DNA of 63,774 nt, filler included, from Octopus bimaculoides (taxonomy: Eukaryota), in assembly GCF_001194135.2 (NCBI RefSeq). It is 8 parts of 8 records of this genome, joined end to end, with 100 filler letters (N's around TTAATTAATTAA, not from the genome) between each part and the next. Parts side by side here need not be neighbours in the genome. Positions count along the whole stretch, not along the records: positions 59,364 to 62,059 come from NC_069008.1; positions 62,160 to 63,774 come from NW_026355560.1; 6 more parts are not named here. The stretch is one strand, 5' to 3'. A model generated the notes under the pieces. That model saw only the letters and a program-made list of their open reading frames with translations. It did no database searches and was not told where the DNA came from. The number at the start of each line of letters is the position of its first letter. The first letter of the stretch is position 1. Shown piece after piece: positions 60,701-63,774 of this stretch. A program made the translations under genes and the position numbers.

Positions 60701-60821
60701 TGTGTGTGTGCCTATATATCTTTCTTTCCACCCAATGTTTTTCCCTCCATCATTTAAGCTATGAACCAACAAATATTCGCATAAACATACACAAACAAAA
60801 CACATCATACTCGCATGCACA

Positions 60822-60855
<34 letters not shown>

Positions 60856-60970
60856 GACAAACTCACACGCGCACACCCACACACCAACTCCCCCACACAT
60901 ACACACACACAAATATATGCTTGTCTATTCACCTTTCCTTTTCTCTCCCTCTCCTTTCATAAATATTTGT

Positions 60971-61028
<58 letters not shown>

Positions 61029-61029
61029 C

Positions 61030-61062
<33 letters not shown>

Positions 61063-61156
61063 GGTGATGGATAAATAGACATATATGTTCATATATATAG
61101 ATATATATATATATATACATTTGCCATATATATATATATATATATACATTTGCTAC

Positions 61157-61238
<82 letters not shown>

Positions 61239-61789
61239 TCTTTTACTTGTTTCAGTCATGACATTCACACACGTCCTCGCAAAAACGAGTGGTGGGTAGA
61301 AAAGTAGGAAATGTAATGGCGTTGAATAGAGGAAGAGAGAATAATCAGAATCCATTCTCTCTGCAATCACAAAGAATGTTACGAACAGTGGCTCTCAGCT
61401 GTACTGTTTGATGGAGTGCACGTGACGGCGTTACAGCAGAGTCGGTAGGTAAGAATGGGTGAGAGGGGTGGGAATGAAGTGTGCGTGTGAGGCGGGACGA
61501 GATGTGGGTGGGCCTAGATGAAAAGGGGAAGGGGCCAGATAAGCCTCTTTTTTCTTTTATTTTGTTTTGCTTTGTTTTGTTTTCTTTGAAAGGCCTGTGG
61601 CATGACTAAAGCGATTTAGACGTACATGCCAATTTAACCGGAAGTGATTGACCGGAAACTATTCATCTATTCTCACAGAAAATTACGCCATGACATTATT
61701 TGTTTTCTTCATTGCCATACTAAGTTAGATATCTTATTCAGCGTCGCCGTGTGAAGTCAAATCGCATAAACACACTAACACTCTACCCT

Positions 61790-61803
61790 TCTCTCTTTCT
61801 CTG

Positions 61804-61835
<32 letters not shown>

Positions 61836-61837
61836 CA

Positions 61838-61879
<42 letters not shown>

Positions 61880-61884
61880 GTCTG

Positions 61885-61919
<35 letters not shown>

Positions 61920-61945
61920 GTCTATCTATCTATCTGTCTATCTAC

Positions 61946-62039
<94 letters not shown>

Positions 62040-62059
62040 GTCTATCTATCTATCTGTCT
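61790..62059 (+). repeat. (TC)/(TCTA)/(TCTG) microsatellite
   Basis: Visible. Confidence 0.9.
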
Positions 62060-62159
62060 NNNNNNNNNNNNNNNNNNNNNNNNNNNNNNNNNNNNNNNNN
62101 NNNTTAATTAATTAANNNNNNNNNNNNNNNNNNNNNNNNNNNNNNNNNNNNNNNNNNNN
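62060..62159. other. Artificial scaffold linker
   Basis: 44N-TTAATTAATTAA-44N. Confidence 0.97.
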
Positions 62160-62427
62160 ATATTCTCTGTTAATACATGTTCGTTTGTTTTTGTTTTTAT
62201 TTATTTATTGTTCGTGTGTTTATATCTACTTTTTGTGTATTTAATTAAATTTTGTTAACGTATGTAGTATTCAATTCCATTTGTTTATCTATGTATTGTA
62301 TTATATTTTGTTCATATTGTTATTGGTTTATGGGGAACGTATTGTCATATGTTGTGGTTTGTGGTTTGTTAGGGGTTTGTGTTAGAGTTCCATTCTAGTT
62401 TCCTATTCAGGCTAGGTTTATCTTCTA

Positions 62428-63496
62428 TTAGTTTCCGTTAGTTTCCGTTAGTTTCCCTTACTTTCCATTACTTTCCGTTAGTTTCCTTTAGTCTCCGTTA
62501 GTTTCCGTTACTTTCAGTTACTTTCCGTTACTTTCCGTTACATTCCGTTAGTTTCCCTAACCTTAGCTCTAACCCTAACCCTAGCCCTAACCCTAACCCT
62601 AGCCCTATCCCTAACCCTAACCCTAACATTAACCCTAACCCTAACGCTAACATAAACCCTAACCCTAACGTAAGTTTCCGTTAGTTTCCGCTATTTTCTG
62701 TTAGTTTCCGTTACTTTCCGTTATTTCCGTTTGTTTCTGCTAGTTTCCGTTACTTTCTGTTAGTTTCCATTAATTTCCGTTATTTCCGTTACTTTCCGTT
62801 ACTTCCCGTTACCTTCCGTTAGTTTCTGTTAGTTTCCCTTATTTCCGTTAGTTTGCGTTAGTTTCCGTTACTTTCCGTTAGTTTCCGTTAGTTTTCGTTA
62901 ATTTCCGTTAGTTTCCGTTACTTTCCGTTAGTTTCCGTTACTTTCCTTTACTTCCCGTTACTTTCCGTTAGTTTCCGTTACTTTGCGTTAGTTTCCGTTA
63001 TTTCCCTTATTTCGTTAGTTTCCGTTAGTTCCCGTTACTTTCCGTTACTATCCGTTACTTTCCGTTAGTTTCCGTTGCTTTCCGTTAGTCTCCGTCACTT
63101 TCCGTCATTTGCGTTAGTTTCCGTTACTTTCCGTAAGCTTCCGTTAGTTTCCGTTACTTTTCGTTAGTTTCCGTTAGTCTCCGATATTTTCGTTAGTTTC
63201 CGTTACTTTCCGTTAGTTTCCGTAAGTTTCCGTTACTTCCCGTTAGATTCCGATAATTCCCGTTACCTTCCGTTAGTTTCTGTTAGTTTCCGTTAGTTTC
63301 CGTTACTTCCCGTGAGTTTCCGTTAGTTTCCGTGAGTTTCCGTTACTTTCCGTTATTTCTGTCAGTTCCAATTACTTTCCGTTAGTTTCCGTTAGTTTCT
63401 GTTACTTTTCGTCAGTTTCCGTTACTTTCTGTCAGTTTCGGTTAGTTTCCGTTAGTTTCCTTTACTTTCCATTAGTTTCTGTTAGTTTCCATTACT
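62428..63496 (+). repeat. 10-bp satellite (GTTAGTTTCC / GTTACTTTCC) interrupted by a telomeric block
   Basis: Blocks 62428-62555 and 62671-63496; G and C variants interspersed. Confidence 0.95.
62556..62669 (+). repeat. Degenerate interstitial telomeric repeat (CCCTAA)n, ~19 units
   Basis: CCCTAA units mixed with CCCTAG, CCCTAT, CATTAA and CGCTAA variants. Confidence 0.9.
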
Positions 63497-63525
63497 ACGG
63501 CTCTAACATCAAAAATTTCATCAAA

Positions 63526-63774
63526 CAAGGTCAGGGACAAAGGGTCAAAGATCAGAGGAAAAGGGTCAAATGTCAGGGCCAAGGGTCAAAGGTCAGGGGC
63601 CAAGGGTCAAAGGTCAGGGACCAAGGGACAAATGTCAGCGGTCAAAGGTTAGGGGCCAATGGTCAAATGTCAGTGGCCAAGTGTCAAAGGTCAGAGGCCA
63701 AAGGTCAAAGGTAAGGTGCCAAGAGCCAAATGTCAGGTGCCAAGGGTCAAATGTCAGGGGCCAAGGGTCAAACG
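63526..63774 (+). repeat. 21-bp tandem repeat CAAGGGTCAAA(G/T)GTCAGGGGC built from three 7-mers
   Basis: About 12 diverged units running to the window end. Confidence 0.9.

Noticed and set aside
6546-62107. Long ORFs rich in YI/HT/CV/poly-I/poly-T or X in the ORF track
   Set aside because: Translations of microsatellites and N gaps; no domain content.

Overview
AT-rich, microsatellite-dense eukaryotic DNA. The repeat families look like those of an octopus/coleoid cephalopod (inferred from recalled SINE sequences, not verified). The window is not one contiguous locus: seven identical 100-bp artificial linkers (44 N + TTAATTAATTAA + 44 N) join eight separate pieces, and there are many further N gaps. 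No host protein-coding gene can be supported. Almost all listed ORFs are microsatellite or N artefacts, or decayed transposon fragments. Recognisable content: a Ty3/gypsy 3' end with its LTR; a ~3 kb decayed CR1-group LINE; RTE, RTE-BovB-like and R4/Dong-like LINE fragments; a Penelope RT fragment with pLTR-like copies; a hAT transposase relic; a hAT MITE; a non-autonomous Helitron; mariner-like TIRs; at least four tRNA-derived SINE families (labelled A-D here); and a satellite block containing telomeric repeats. The main discovery is three unrelated families of Penelope-type minimal hammerhead ribozyme folds. One lies in the 3' half of a tRNA-headed SINE, which also occurs as a fold-back dimer of the kind typical of Penelope insertions, suggesting a Penelope-mobilised, ribozyme-carrying SINE. 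One has a conserved non-canonical CUGUNGA core. One has a U3-A8 core and perfect stems. All structures were folded and aligned by eye; none has been tested computationally or biochemically.
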